DNA from: Haloferacaceae archaeon
GTDB lineage: Archaea; Halobacteriota; Halobacteria; Halobacteriales; Haloferacaceae
Assembly (NCBI GenBank): GCA_042219485.1
Contig: JBDGPV010000003.1
Location: 1-60,689, forward strand
Direction of reading: 5' to 3'
Length of the DNA stretch: 60,689 bases
Part shown: positions 38,520 to 47,463 of the stretch, in pieces
Layout of the letters: the number at the start of each line of letters is the position of its first letter
Numbering within the stretch: position 1 is the first letter of the stretch
Notes under the pieces: model-generated
What the model was told of the DNA's origin: nothing
Databases searched by the model: none
What the model saw: the letters and a program-made list of their open reading frames with translations, nothing else
Made by a program: the position numbers and the translations under genes

Positions 38520-39152
38520 ATGAAGCGACGGACGCTCGTCGCGACCCTGGGAAGCGCCGTGGTCGGGGCCGTGGCCGGCTGTTCGGGGGGATCGGGCGGG
38601 GAGGGGACCGAGACGGCGACGGCGACGCCGACCGAGACGGCGACGCCGACCGAGACGGCGACGCCGACCGAGACGGCGACGCCCGCGCCGCCGACACACG
38701 CCGTCGGCGAGCGGTTCGTGGTCGGGGAGGGGGAGAACGCCATCCCCTACACCGTCCGGGGATTCCGCCGGAGCGACCGCATCGGCCCGGAGGCGATCGG
38801 GACGACGGCCGACGACGTGTTCCTGATCGTCCTCCTGACGGTCGAGAACACCGGGGACAGCACCATGGACGTCCCGAGCAGGAACATCGTCGCCCGGGCC
38901 CCGGGCGTCCGCAAGAACGTCGACGAGGACGCGAGCGAGACGGCCGCCGAGGACGATCGGATGGACCAGGAGTCGCTGGCGCTCGCGACCGTCCCGGCCG
39001 GCGAGTCCCGGACGGGCGTGCTCGTCTACGACGTGCCGCCGGGCAACGCCTACCGCATCGAGTTCACCCCGACGGGCGACGCGGGCGAGGCCCACTACGT
39101 CGAGGTCGGCCCGATCGGCGAGGTCACGAGCCTGAGCGCGGAGGGCTTCTAG
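38520..39152 (+). CDS. Secreted lipoprotein, DUF4352-like, with a Thr/Glu/Ala/Pro repeat linker
   Basis: Signal peptide KRRTLVATLGSAVVGAVAGCSG with a lipobox Cys. TETATP is repeated 4 times. The beta-rich domain contains LLTVENTGDS...PAGESRTGVLVYDVP. Confidence 0.7.
   Translation: MKRRTLVATLGSAVVGAVAGCSGGSGGEGTETATATPTETATPTETATPTETATPAPPTHAVGERFVVGEGENAIPYTVRGFRRSDRIGPEAIGTTADDVFLIVLLTVENTGDSTMDVPSRNIVARAPGVRKNVDEDASETAAEDDRMDQESLALATVPAGESRTGVLVYDVPPGNAYRIEFTPTGDAGEAHYVEVGPIGEVTSLSAEGF
38607..38684 (+). repeat. In-frame 18-nt tandem repeat (ACCGAGACGGCGACGCCG) encoding TETATP
   Basis: One 24-nt variant plus three 18-nt units, read directly from the sequence. Confidence 0.9.
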
Positions 39153-39180
39153 CCGGCCGCCACGGGCGGCGACCCCCGCG

Positions 39181-40182
39181 TCACCCCGCCAGCAGGACCG
39201 CGAGCGCCGCGCCGATGAACGCGACCTTCAGGGCCGTGTTCACCGCGATCACCTTCGAGCCGAACGCGGGGCCCCAGATCCCGTACTGGAAGGGGATCGA
39301 CCGCTTGAACGTCGAGACGGCAAACGAGATGATGCCCCCGACGAGCATCGTCGCCACGGCGGTCCGCGGCGTGAACGTCCCGCCGAGCAGCGGCGCGATG
39401 GTGGCCGCCCCGGCGGTGGTGTCGAACGCGAACACCGCGATGACGGGGACCGCGGCCCCCGGGAGGCCGACGGCCGCCGTCAGCGGGTCGGCGACGGCGG
39501 TCAGCGCCCGCAGGTCCAGCCGCGCGACGAGCACCGCGACGACGGCGTAGACGACCGCGAGCCGCGGGACGATCCGACGGAGCTTCGGGACCGTCCGCTC
39601 CCAGGCCTCGGCCGCGGCGGCCCGGAGCGACGGCCGCCCCCCGTCGGGCGCCGACGCGGTCTCGACGGTCGCGGTCCGGTCGACGTTCGCCGGCGAGAGC
39701 AGGACGGCGCCGCCGAGGACGCCGGCGAGCGTGATCCCCAGCGCGATCGCCGCCCGGGTGCCCACGTAGAGGACGCCCGTCTCGACGCCCAGGATCGGGA
39801 TCAGGACGGGGACGTAGTAGGTGAACACGTGCTGGACGAAGCCGAAGAACGTGTTGATCGTGACCGCCACGAGGGTCGCGCGGTCGTCGAGCGCGCCCGA
39901 CTCCCGGAACTCCGCGAGCATCCCGTACCCCGCGGTGGTCGAGGCGGCGGTGGTGAGGATGGCGGTGCCGACCTCGTCGGGCAGGTTCGCCGGCCCGGTC
40001 AGGTAGCCAGAGAGGCCGGCGATCCGCTCGACGGCGCCCATCGCCACCGCGACGTTCGCGAGGAAGACGCCGCCGGCGACGAACGCGGCGATGCGGACCA
40101 CCCGCACGAGGACGTCCGCGAGCAGCGCCGGATCGACCGGCCACGCGCCGGCCTGCGCCGGGAGCGGGGCGAGCGGTGCCAC
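39181..40182 (-). CDS. Nucleoside-recognition (Gate) domain membrane protein
   Basis: 333 aa, polytopic, with two Gate-like halves (GLSGYLTGPANLPDEVGTAILT...; PLTAAVGLPGAAVPVIAV...). GTG start. Confidence 0.65.
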   Translation of the reverse strand: MAPLAPLPAQAGAWPVDPALLADVLVRVVRIAAFVAGGVFLANVAVAMGAVERIAGLSGYLTGPANLPDEVGTAILTTAASTTAGYGMLAEFRESGALDDRATLVAVTINTFFGFVQHVFTYYVPVLIPILGVETGVLYVGTRAAIALGITLAGVLGGAVLLSPANVDRTATVETASAPDGGRPSLRAAAAEAWERTVPKLRRIVPRLAVVYAVVAVLVARLDLRALTAVADPLTAAVGLPGAAVPVIAVFAFDTTAGAATIAPLLGGTFTPRTAVATMLVGGIISFAVSTFKRSIPFQYGIWGPAFGSKVIAVNTALKVAFIGAALAVLLAG

Positions 40183-40249
40183 GCCCGCCGTTGGGGCCCG
40201 ATCCGCATATCGCCGTCGGTGTTATGTGCGCGGCGGCCGGGCGCCCGCC

Positions 40250-40627
40250 ATGCCGACGTTCACCGTGGAGACCGACGCGCGCCTCGCCGTCCGTGACGTG
40301 ACCGACCGGGTCCGCGAGGCGCTGGCGCCGGACGCGACCGGCACCGCGACGGCGTTCGTCCGGCACACGACCGCCGGCCTGGTCGTCAACGAGGCCGAGC
40401 GCCGCCTGCTCGCGGACGTCGAGTCGATGCTCGACGGTCTGGTGCCCGACGACGGGTGGCAACACGACGGGATCGACGACAACGCCGACGCACACCTGCG
40501 GGCGATCCTGCTCGGTAGCGGCGTCACGCTGCCCGTCGCGGACGGCGACCTCGATCTGGGCACCTGGCAGTCGGTGCTGCTCGTCGAGTGCGACGGCCCG
40601 CGACGCCGGACCGTCGCGGTGTGTTGA
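40250..40627 (+). CDS. yjbQ: YjbQ/UPF0047 family (secondary thiamine-phosphate synthase) protein
   Basis: VRHTTAGLVVNEAE, DDNADAHLRAILLG, and LGTWQSVLLVECDGPR. Confidence 0.85.
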   Translation: MPTFTVETDARLAVRDVTDRVREALAPDATGTATAFVRHTTAGLVVNEAERRLLADVESMLDGLVPDDGWQHDGIDDNADAHLRAILLGSGVTLPVADGDLDLGTWQSVLLVECDGPRRRTVAVC

Positions 40628-40772
40628 GCGCCGCGCGCCGCGGCCGGGGGGACGGCCGGCGGCCGACGGGTGGCCGGAGGGGTCGACCGACTGACGGGCG
40701 ACGACCAGGGGCGCCGGCCGGCGCGTCCGCGGGAGCGACGATCGGGGGACGTGGGGGGACGAGGGGTGTGAC

Positions 40773-40840
40773 GACGGATCGATAGGCGCCGGGAGAGGGG
40801 GAGCGTGGAGACGGATCGATAGGCGCCGGGAGAGGGGGAG
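40773..40840. repeat. Tandem direct repeat, 2 x 31 nt (GACGGATCGATAGGCGCCGGGAGAGGGGGAG), period 37
   Basis: Exact copies at 40773-40803 and 40810-40840, inside a purine-rich convergent intergenic region. Confidence 0.9.
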
Positions 40841-40918
40841 GAGGGGCGGCGGATGGGGGGATGACGGACGGGGGACGGCGGGGAACGGGCGCCAGTCGGG
40901 CGCCCTACGGGTGCCGCG

Positions 40919-41887
40919 TCAGCGTTCGAGGACGGTCCCGCCGGCCCCGACGGCGATCGCGGGGTCGCCCCGGACGACCCCCTTCAGGTTCTCGCCGACG
41001 GGCGTGGACTGCTGGACCCAGTCGGTCCCGTCGTACGCGTAGACCTTCCCGCCGCCGCCGACGGTGAGTCCGTCGTCGTCCGGCCCGGTGACCTCGATGT
41101 CCCGCAGGCCGGCGTCGCCGGTGTCGGCGGGGACCCACTCGGTGCCGTTCCAGTGGAAGATCATGCCGCCGCCGCCGGAGACCCACACGTCGTCGTCGCC
41201 GTCGGAATCGACGCCGTAGAAGTTGACGTTGGCGTCCGCGAGGCCGATCTTGTCCCACGTCTCGCCGTCGCTGGTGTGGAAGACCGACTTGTTGCCGTCG
41301 ACGATGTGGCCCGTCCGGTCGCCGTAGAAGTCCACGGCGTTGATGTTCGACCCGCTGCCGGGGGTGACGTACTCCCACGTGCCCTCGGAGCCGTTCTCGA
41401 AGCTGTAGTACATCTTCCCGGAGTCGCCGGCGACGTAGACGTTCGCGTCCCCGGCCGGCCCCGTCACGGCGACGTCGTTGAAGTTGTTCGTGACGTCCAT
41501 CGGGGCGGAGTGGTCCTCCAGGTTCCCCGTCTCGACGTCGTACTCGCCGATTGCGCCGCTGGCCCCGACGAACCACAGCCGCTTCCCGTCGTCGGTCACG
41601 TCCGACCCGTAGAGGTCGTTTCCGTTGCCGGTCGGGCCGCCGTCGAGTACCTTCGTCCATCCCTCGCTGGTCCGCTCCAGCACCAGTCCGCCACCGCCGA
41701 CGGCGTACGCGCCCGCGGCGGTGTACTCGACGTCGTGGAGGGTGTTTCCGGTCGGCGTCTCCGCGACGGTCCACGCCGACTCGGCGGCCGCCGGGGCGGC
41801 GCCGACGGCGGGGACGGCCGCGGCGGCGGCCGCGGCGCCGAGCGTCTTCAGGGCGGTGCGTCGCGGGATCGGTCTGCGCCCGGACAT
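40919..41887 (-). CDS. Tat-secreted beta-propeller repeat protein (Ycf48/BNR-like)
   Basis: Twin-arginine signal SGRRPIPRRTALKTLGAAAAA. There are about 6-7 repeats of the type G..G.i..s.DgG.tW. Confidence 0.6.
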   Translation of the reverse strand: MSGRRPIPRRTALKTLGAAAAAAAVPAVGAAPAAAESAWTVAETPTGNTLHDVEYTAAGAYAVGGGGLVLERTSEGWTKVLDGGPTGNGNDLYGSDVTDDGKRLWFVGASGAIGEYDVETGNLEDHSAPMDVTNNFNDVAVTGPAGDANVYVAGDSGKMYYSFENGSEGTWEYVTPGSGSNINAVDFYGDRTGHIVDGNKSVFHTSDGETWDKIGLADANVNFYGVDSDGDDDVWVSGGGGMIFHWNGTEWVPADTGDAGLRDIEVTGPDDDGLTVGGGGKVYAYDGTDWVQQSTPVGENLKGVVRGDPAIAVGAGGTVLER

Positions 41888-41914
41888 GACGGTCGTCCGT
41901 CCGGGGGGAGACGG

Positions 41915-41921
41915 GATAAAA
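41915..41921 (-). promoter_or_regulatory. TATA box of the beta-propeller gene promoter
   Basis: TTTTATC on the minus strand, about 30 nt upstream of the ATG at 41887. Confidence 0.5.
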
Positions 41922-41942
41922 CCGGGTCGGCGTGAACCGCGA

Positions 41943-41956
41943 TTAACGACGGTTAA
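41943..41956. promoter_or_regulatory. Palindrome TTAAC-GACG-GTTAA upstream of the promoter (candidate regulator site)
   Basis: Perfect 5-4-5 inverted repeat, read from the sequence, 55-70 nt upstream of the start codon. Confidence 0.35.
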
Positions 41957-42113
41957 CCGGAATTAAAACGCACGACATCGGCGGTCCGGCCGGTTTCAGG
42001 GAGCGAAACCGACGCGGCGACGCGGGCCCGCCGCTCGGGAGGTCCGCCGGCCCGGGACCGCGGGCGCCGCGCCGCCCGCCGGGGGCGGTCGCGTCCGCCC
42101 TGCCGGCGCCGCG

Positions 42114-42674
42114 CTAGACGAACGCCCGGACGGCCCCGAACAGAACGAGGACCCCGAGCACGTCACAGAGGTTCGTGACCACGGGGATCACCACGTCGTC
42201 GGGGTCGAGTTCGAGGCGGTAGGCGGCGTAGGTGGCGACGAGGGTGACGGCGACCGCGAGCACGGCGAGCGCCACGCCGGCCGAGACGGCGACGAGGAGG
42301 ACCGTCGCGAGCGGCAGCCTGGTCCCGCCGCCGAGCGCCGTGAGCGCCCACGCCCCCACGCCGACCAGCGGGAACAGCGACGCGGCGAGCGCGACCAGCG
42401 CCGCGGCGTTGCCGGCCAGGTGGGAATCGCGCGGGTCGAACGAGAGCAGGCCGAGGTGCAGCGCCGTCGAGAGCCGGGAGGCGAGGACGCTCCCGAGGTT
42501 GCCCGCGGTGCCGATGGTGACGGGGACGAGCACCAGCAGGGAGGGGTACCTGAGCAGCTCGGCCTCGAACTCGCCGAGCACGAGGCCGCTGCCGACCTCG
42601 ACGAGCGTCAGGGCGAGCAGCAGCGGCAGGGTCGCGCGCGTGATGGCCCGGACCGTCCAGTCCGTCGTGGCCAC
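42114..42674 (-). CDS. MgtE-type divalent cation transporter membrane domain protein
   Basis: 186 aa. PSLLVLVPVTIGTAGNLGSVLASRLSTALHLG and DPDDVVIPVVTNLCDVLGV are MgtE transmembrane-domain signatures. Confidence 0.7.
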   Translation of the reverse strand: MATTDWTVRAITRATLPLLLALTLVEVGSGLVLGEFEAELLRYPSLLVLVPVTIGTAGNLGSVLASRLSTALHLGLLSFDPRDSHLAGNAAALVALAASLFPLVGVGAWALTALGGGTRLPLATVLLVAVSAGVALAVLAVAVTLVATYAAYRLELDPDDVVIPVVTNLCDVLGVLVLFGAVRAFV

Positions 42675-43265
42675 TCAGCCCACCCCCCCGGCCAGCCCCG
42701 CACGGAGCACGACCCGGACGGCAAGCAGGAGGAAGAGGACGCCGAACACGTCGCCGGTGGTGGTGACCAGCGGCCCGACGAGGGTGTCGGGGTCGACGCC
42801 GCGCCGGTAGCCCGCGAACACCGCGGTCACCACGACGACCGTGAGCGTCAGGCCCGACACCAGACCGGCCAGCAGCGCGACGGCCACGAGCGCTTCGGGC
42901 GGCGCCACCGGCGCGCCGAACGTCGAGAGTGCGACGAAGACGGCGACGGCGGCGAACCCGGAGGCCAGCAGCCCGTTGGCCAGCGCGGCCGCCGCGGCCC
43001 GCACCAGCCGGTCGTCGGCCGCCGTCAGCCGCGGCTCGACCATCCCCTGGTGGAGGGCGGTTGCGACGCGGGCGCCGAAGGAGCCGTAGACGTTGCCGCG
43101 GGTGGCAAGCAGGGCCGGCACGAGGACTAGCAGCCCCGGCAGCGCCTCCAGTTCCGCCCGCATCCCGCCGAGGACGACGCCGGCGCCGAGCCCGCCGACG
43201 GCGCTCGCCGCGAGGGCCGGCAGCGCCTCCCGGTAGGCGTCGCGGGCCACCTCGCGGACGCTCAT
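42675..43265 (-). CDS. MgtE-type divalent cation transporter membrane domain protein (tandem paralog)
   Basis: 196 aa. PGLLVLVPALLATRGNVYGSFGARVATALHQG and DPDTLVGPLVTTTGDVFGV. It abuts the downstream paralog with no gap. Confidence 0.7.
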   Translation of the reverse strand: MSVREVARDAYREALPALAASAVGGLGAGVVLGGMRAELEALPGLLVLVPALLATRGNVYGSFGARVATALHQGMVEPRLTAADDRLVRAAAAALANGLLASGFAAVAVFVALSTFGAPVAPPEALVAVALLAGLVSGLTLTVVVVTAVFAGYRRGVDPDTLVGPLVTTTGDVFGVLFLLLAVRVVLRAGLAGGVG

Positions 43266-43378
43266 CGAGGGGGCCCACGCGGCCCGCCGGGAAAAGGGGC
43301 GGGGGCTCGTCGCCTACCGAACTGAAGCCGTCCGCCGCCGGACGGGGGGCACGGAGCCGCCCGCCGGCGCGCCAGCGA

Positions 43379-44770
43379 TCAGCCGAACGGACCCATTCCG
43401 CCCGGGCCGCCGCCCGGCGGCCCGCCGCCGCCCTGGAGCTTCTTCATCATCCGCTGCATCTCGCCGTCGCCCATCCCCTGGAACTGCTTGAGCGTCTTCT
43501 CCATCATCCGGTGCTGTTCGAGCAGTTCCCGCACCGTCTCCGCCTCGACGCCGGCGCCCCGGGCGATCCGTTCGACCCGGTCCCGCCCCACGGTCCGCGG
43601 GTTCTCGAGTTCGTCCTCGGTCATCGAGTCCATCACAACCTCGAAGGTCCGCAGCCGCTCCTGGGTGACGTCCATCGCGTCGTCGGGGAGCTGGTCCATC
43701 ATCCCGCCGCCGAGGCCGGGGATCATGTCCATCACCTGGTCGAGCGGTCCCATCCGGTCCATCGCCTCCATCTGCTTGCGCATGTCCTTCAGGGTGAACG
43801 AGCCCTTCATGATGTCCTCGGGCTCCCAGTCGTCCTCCTCGGCCTCGGTCTCGCGCATCGCCCGCTCGACGCGCTCGCTCAGCTGCTTGAGGTCGCCCAT
43901 CCCGAGCAGCCGGGAGACGAAGCCGCTGGGCTCGAACCGCTCGACGTCCTGGACGGTCTCGCCCGTCCCGAGGAAGGCGATGGAGGCGTCGGTCTCGTCG
44001 ACCGCCGCGAGCGCGCCCCCGCCCTTTGCGGTGCCGTCGAGCTTCGTGATCGCCACCCCGTCGATCCCGATGGCCTCGTCGAACTCGCGGGCCTGCTCCT
44101 TGGCGCCCTGGCCGATCGCGGCGTCGAGCACCAGGAGCGACCGGTCGGGATCCACGGCCGCCTCGATCTCCTCGATCTCCGCGATGAGTTCGTCCTCCAG
44201 CCCGTGGCGCCCGGCCGTGTCGATGATGTGGACGTCGGCGTCGGCGGTCGCCTCCAGCCCCTCGCGGGCGATCCCGACGGGGTCCTCGGCGTCGGGGTCG
44301 CCGTAGAAGTCCACCTCCGCCCGCTCGGCCATCTCCTCGGCCTGCTCGTAGGCGCCCGGCCGGAAGGTGTCGGTCTGGACGACCGCGGGCCGCAGCCCCT
44401 TCTTCGAGAACCACCACGCCATCTTCGCGGCCGTCGTCGTCTTCCCCGACCCCTGGAGACCGGCCAGCAGGATCGTCTGTGGCTCCAGGGGGATCTCGGT
44501 GGACTCGCCGACGAGGTCGACGAGTTCCTCGTACACGATCCGGAGGACGTGGTCGCGGGCGCTGGTCCCCGCCGGGGGGTCCTCCTCCAGGGCCCGCTCC
44601 TCGATCGAATCCGACAGCTCCGTCACCAGGGCCACGTCCACGTCGGCGCTCAACAGCGAGCGCTGGATCTCCCTGACCACCTCCGAGACGTCGTCCTCGT
44701 CGATGCGGGATTTCCCGCGCAGGTCGTCGAGCGTGCCGCGCAGGGAGCTCCCGAGGTCGTCGAGCACCAT
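43379..44770 (-). CDS. srp54: Signal recognition particle protein SRP54
   Basis: [20 protein letters not shown], and a Met-rich M domain. Confidence 0.95.
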   Translation of the reverse strand: MVLDDLGSSLRGTLDDLRGKSRIDEDDVSEVVREIQRSLLSADVDVALVTELSDSIEERALEEDPPAGTSARDHVLRIVYEELVDLVGESTEIPLEPQTILLAGLQGSGKTTTAAKMAWWFSKKGLRPAVVQTDTFRPGAYEQAEEMAERAEVDFYGDPDAEDPVGIAREGLEATADADVHIIDTAGRHGLEDELIAEIEEIEAAVDPDRSLLVLDAAIGQGAKEQAREFDEAIGIDGVAITKLDGTAKGGGALAAVDETDASIAFLGTGETVQDVERFEPSGFVSRLLGMGDLKQLSERVERAMRETEAEEDDWEPEDIMKGSFTLKDMRKQMEAMDRMGPLDQVMDMIPGLGGGMMDQLPDDAMDVTQERLRTFEVVMDSMTEDELENPRTVGRDRVERIARGAGVEAETVRELLEQHRMMEKTLKQFQGMGDGEMQRMMKKLQGGGGPPGGGPGGMGPFG

Positions 44771-44857
44771 TTGGGCCGGGCTACGCCGCCGACGCGGTAA
44801 AGGCTTCCCTCGCGGTCGCCGGGGTCGGACCGACCGCCGCCGCTCGGTCGCCCGCCC

Positions 44858-45430
44858 TCACTCCTCGGCGCGCAGCCGGTAGCGGTCCAGGTCGCTCCCG
44901 GTCGCCGGGTCGCGCTCGGCCGCCGCCGCGAACGCCGACGCGAGGGCGTCGGCCGCGTCGTCGATCGGCGGGCCGCCGTCCTCGCCACCCTTCCCGCTCC
45001 CGGCATCCTCCCCGCTCCCGTCCCACGCGAGCCCTTCGACCGCGCCGAGCACGAACGCCGCGCCGCTGCCCCGGGCGGCCACGGGATCGGCGGGCGTCGT
45101 TCCCCCGTCGTCGAGGGCCCTGACCCGCGGGCGCCCCTCCTCGTCCCGCGCGGCGACGACGGCGGCCGCGTCGCCGCCGAGGGCCTCGGCCGCGAGCCGG
45201 CAGGCCGCGTCGATACGGGGGTCGCCGCGCTCCAGCCGGTAGGACCGGACCGCCGCGTCGAGTTCGTCGGCGAACCGGTCGGGGTCGCCCCCGACCGACG
45301 CCGCGCCGACCGCGCCGAGGTCGACCAGGTGGTCGGCGTCGCGGGTCAGGATCCGCCCCCCGCGGGTCCGGACGCGGTCGGCCACGAGCAGGGCGCCGTC
45401 CCGACACTCGACGCCGGCGATGGTCGCCAT
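44858..45430 (-). CDS. Proteasome beta-subunit-like (Ntn-hydrolase fold) protein, predicted to be catalytically inactive
   Basis: By eye it aligns along its full length to archaeal PsmB (DGALLVAD, RGSGAAFVLGAVE, AAERDPATGS). The Thr1 position is Ala and the Lys33 position is His. Confidence 0.6.
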   Translation of the reverse strand: MATIAGVECRDGALLVADRVRTRGGRILTRDADHLVDLGAVGAASVGGDPDRFADELDAAVRSYRLERGDPRIDAACRLAAEALGGDAAAVVAARDEEGRPRVRALDDGGTTPADPVAARGSGAAFVLGAVEGLAWDGSGEDAGSGKGGEDGGPPIDDAADALASAFAAAAERDPATGSDLDRYRLRAEE

Positions 45431-45578
45431 ACCGGGCCGAACGACCTCCGCGGGGAAAGCTCACACGCCTCACACGCGTCGCGTCCGTGCTTCCGCGCCC
45501 GGATCCGGGGAGCGGCGGGTCGGGGAGGACGGCGGGGCAGGGACGGCGGGGACGGCGGGCCCGCCGCCGGGGACCCGC

Positions 45579-46610
45579 TCACTCCCCGAGCAGGTCGTCG
45601 GCCAGCGCCTCGGGGTCGAACCGTTCGAGGTCGTCGTACCCCTGTCCGGTGCCGAGAAAGAGCACCGGCTTGCCGGTGACGTGGGCGACGGAGACCGCGG
45701 CCCCGCCCTGCGTGTCGGCGTCGGCCTTGGTGAGGATGGCCCCGTCGATCGCGGCGGCGTCGTCGAACTCCCGCGCGCGCTCGACGGCGTCCTGTCCGGC
45801 GACCGCCTCGTCGACGAACAGCGTGAGGTCGGGTTCGACGACCCGGTCGATCTTCGCGAGCTGTTCCATCAGGTCGTGGGAGGTGTGCAGGCGGCCGGCG
45901 GTGTCGCCGAGCACCACGTCCACCCCGTTGGCCTCGGCGTACTCGACGGCGTCGTAGATCACCGCGGCGGGATCGCCCCCCCGGTCGTGGCTGATGAGTT
46001 TCGCGCCGAGCGCCGCGGCGTGTTCCCGGATCTGCTCGTCGGCGCCGGCGCGGTAGGTGTCGCCGTTGGCGAGCACCGCGGAGTAGCCCCGCTCGTCGAG
46101 GTACCGGGCCATCTTGGCGATGGTCGTCGTCTTGCCGACCCCGTTGACGCCCGTGAAGACGATCGTGACGGGCTTCTCGGCCGCCGCGATCCGTTCCTCG
46201 AAGTCGAACTGCCCGACGCCCATCACCTCCGCCAGGGCCTCCCGGACGGCGCCCTCGACCAGCCCGCCCGTCGTCTCGACCTGGGCGCGGGTCTCGCCGA
46301 CCAGCCGTTCCCGGATGCGGTCGAGGATGGCCTCGGCCACGCTCATCTCGACGTCGCTCTCCAGGAGCGCCATCTCGAGGTCCCACAGCGGCTCCTCCAG
46401 GTCCGCCTCCTCGATGACGACCTTGCCGGTCGCGAGCGCCTTCGCGCGCCGGAGGCGCCCCACGTCGTCGGCGTCGGCACCGGCGTCCGCATCGACGTCG
46501 TCGGCGTCGGCCTCCTCGACCGCCTCGGCGGCCTCCTCGACGCGCTCCTCGGCGGCCGCCTCGGCGTCCTCGCGGAAGCGTCCGAGCGTCTCCTTCAGGC
46601 CGTCGAACAT
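45579..46610 (-). CDS. ftsY: Signal recognition particle receptor FtsY
   Basis: Acidic N-terminus, GVNGVGKTTT, DTAGR, TKAD. Confidence 0.93.
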   Translation of the reverse strand: MFDGLKETLGRFREDAEAAAEERVEEAAEAVEEADADDVDADAGADADDVGRLRRAKALATGKVVIEEADLEEPLWDLEMALLESDVEMSVAEAILDRIRERLVGETRAQVETTGGLVEGAVREALAEVMGVGQFDFEERIAAAEKPVTIVFTGVNGVGKTTTIAKMARYLDERGYSAVLANGDTYRAGADEQIREHAAALGAKLISHDRGGDPAAVIYDAVEYAEANGVDVVLGDTAGRLHTSHDLMEQLAKIDRVVEPDLTLFVDEAVAGQDAVERAREFDDAAAIDGAILTKADADTQGGAAVSVAHVTGKPVLFLGTGQGYDDLERFDPEALADDLLGE

Positions 46611-46614
46611 CCCC

Positions 46615-47076
46615 TCACTCGTCGTCGCCCTGCATCTGCTGGAGCTGTTGCATCTGCTGTTGCTGGAGCTGGCTCTGGAGGTTTTCGAGCTGCTCCTCGA
46701 GGTCGTCGCTCTCCGCCTCGAGGTCGTCGATCTCCTCGCGCACGTCCTCGACGCGGTCGTCCAGCGCGTCGCGCTTGCGCTCCAGGGCCGCGATCGCGTC
46801 CTCCCGGTTCTGCTCGGCCGCGTAGCCGCCGCCCAGCGAGACGATCACCTCGTCGATGTCCTGGACCTCCGCCCGGACGTAGGCCCCGCCGCCCAGCGGC
46901 ACCTGCACCGTCGAGCCCGTCTCCAGGGTCTCGACGGCCTCGACCGCGCCGTCGATCGACCGCTGTTCCTCCCGGAGCTCGTCGATCTCGCCTTCGAGTT
47001 CCGCGATCTCCCCCTGGATCACCTCCAGCGCCTGCTGGAGCTGCTGGAGCTGCTGTTGCCCGCCGCCGGCGTTCAT
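46615..47076 (-). CDS. pfdA: Prefoldin alpha subunit
   Basis: 153 aa. Coiled coil, then beta hairpins (VQVPLGGGAYVRAEV...VIVSLGGGY), then coiled coil. Confidence 0.85.
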   Translation of the reverse strand: MNAGGGQQQLQQLQQALEVIQGEIAELEGEIDELREEQRSIDGAVEAVETLETGSTVQVPLGGGAYVRAEVQDIDEVIVSLGGGYAAEQNREDAIAALERKRDALDDRVEDVREEIDDLEAESDDLEEQLENLQSQLQQQQMQQLQQMQGDDE

Positions 47077-47270
47077 GCCGACACCTCCCCGTCCGCGACC
47101 GCCTCGGCGTCCGAGAGCTCGACCTGCGTGCGCTTCAGGCCGTGCTCGCTGCCGAGGCGGGAGTAGACCCGCTCCCGGGCTACCTCGGGGTTGGGCGCCG
47201 TCACCGTCTTGGCGAACTCCTGGTAGCCGTCACGGGTCTGATACCGCCCGCTCACCGCGTACTGGCTCAT
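47073..47270 (-). CDS. rpl18a: 50S ribosomal protein L18Ae/LX
   Basis: 65 aa. VSGRYQTRDGYQEFAKTVTAPN...GSEHGLKRTQVEL. It overlaps the pfdA start by 4 nt. Confidence 0.85.
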   Translation of the reverse strand: MSQYAVSGRYQTRDGYQEFAKTVTAPNPEVARERVYSRLGSEHGLKRTQVELSDAEAVADGEVSA

Positions 47271-47463
47271 GTGCCTGCCGAGGGCAAGCGCAGGGAAGTA
47301 TCTTCCTACTCCGACGGATCGCGGCGGCCGCGTCGCGGCCCGAGGCGGCGCGCGTCGGCGTGTGGTGAGGGGTCCCGCCGCCCGGCGGTCATCGCCGCGT
47401 TCGGTGCCCGGTCGGTCGGTGTCGGATGGCCCCGCGGTCGTCCGGGTACGGGGACCGGTCCGG

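Noticed and set aside
40773-40840. Possible CRISPR array
   Set aside because: There are only two repeat copies, separated by 6 nt, with no spacer-sized unique segments and no cas genes. It is a simple tandem duplication.
47271-47463. Hidden small protein gene in the eif6-rplX spacer
   Set aside because: The only ATG-initiated frames are 28 aa (minus strand) and 15 aa (plus strand). Both are Arg/Gly/Pro-rich, without a promoter box or resemblance to known small ribosomal or zinc-finger proteins.
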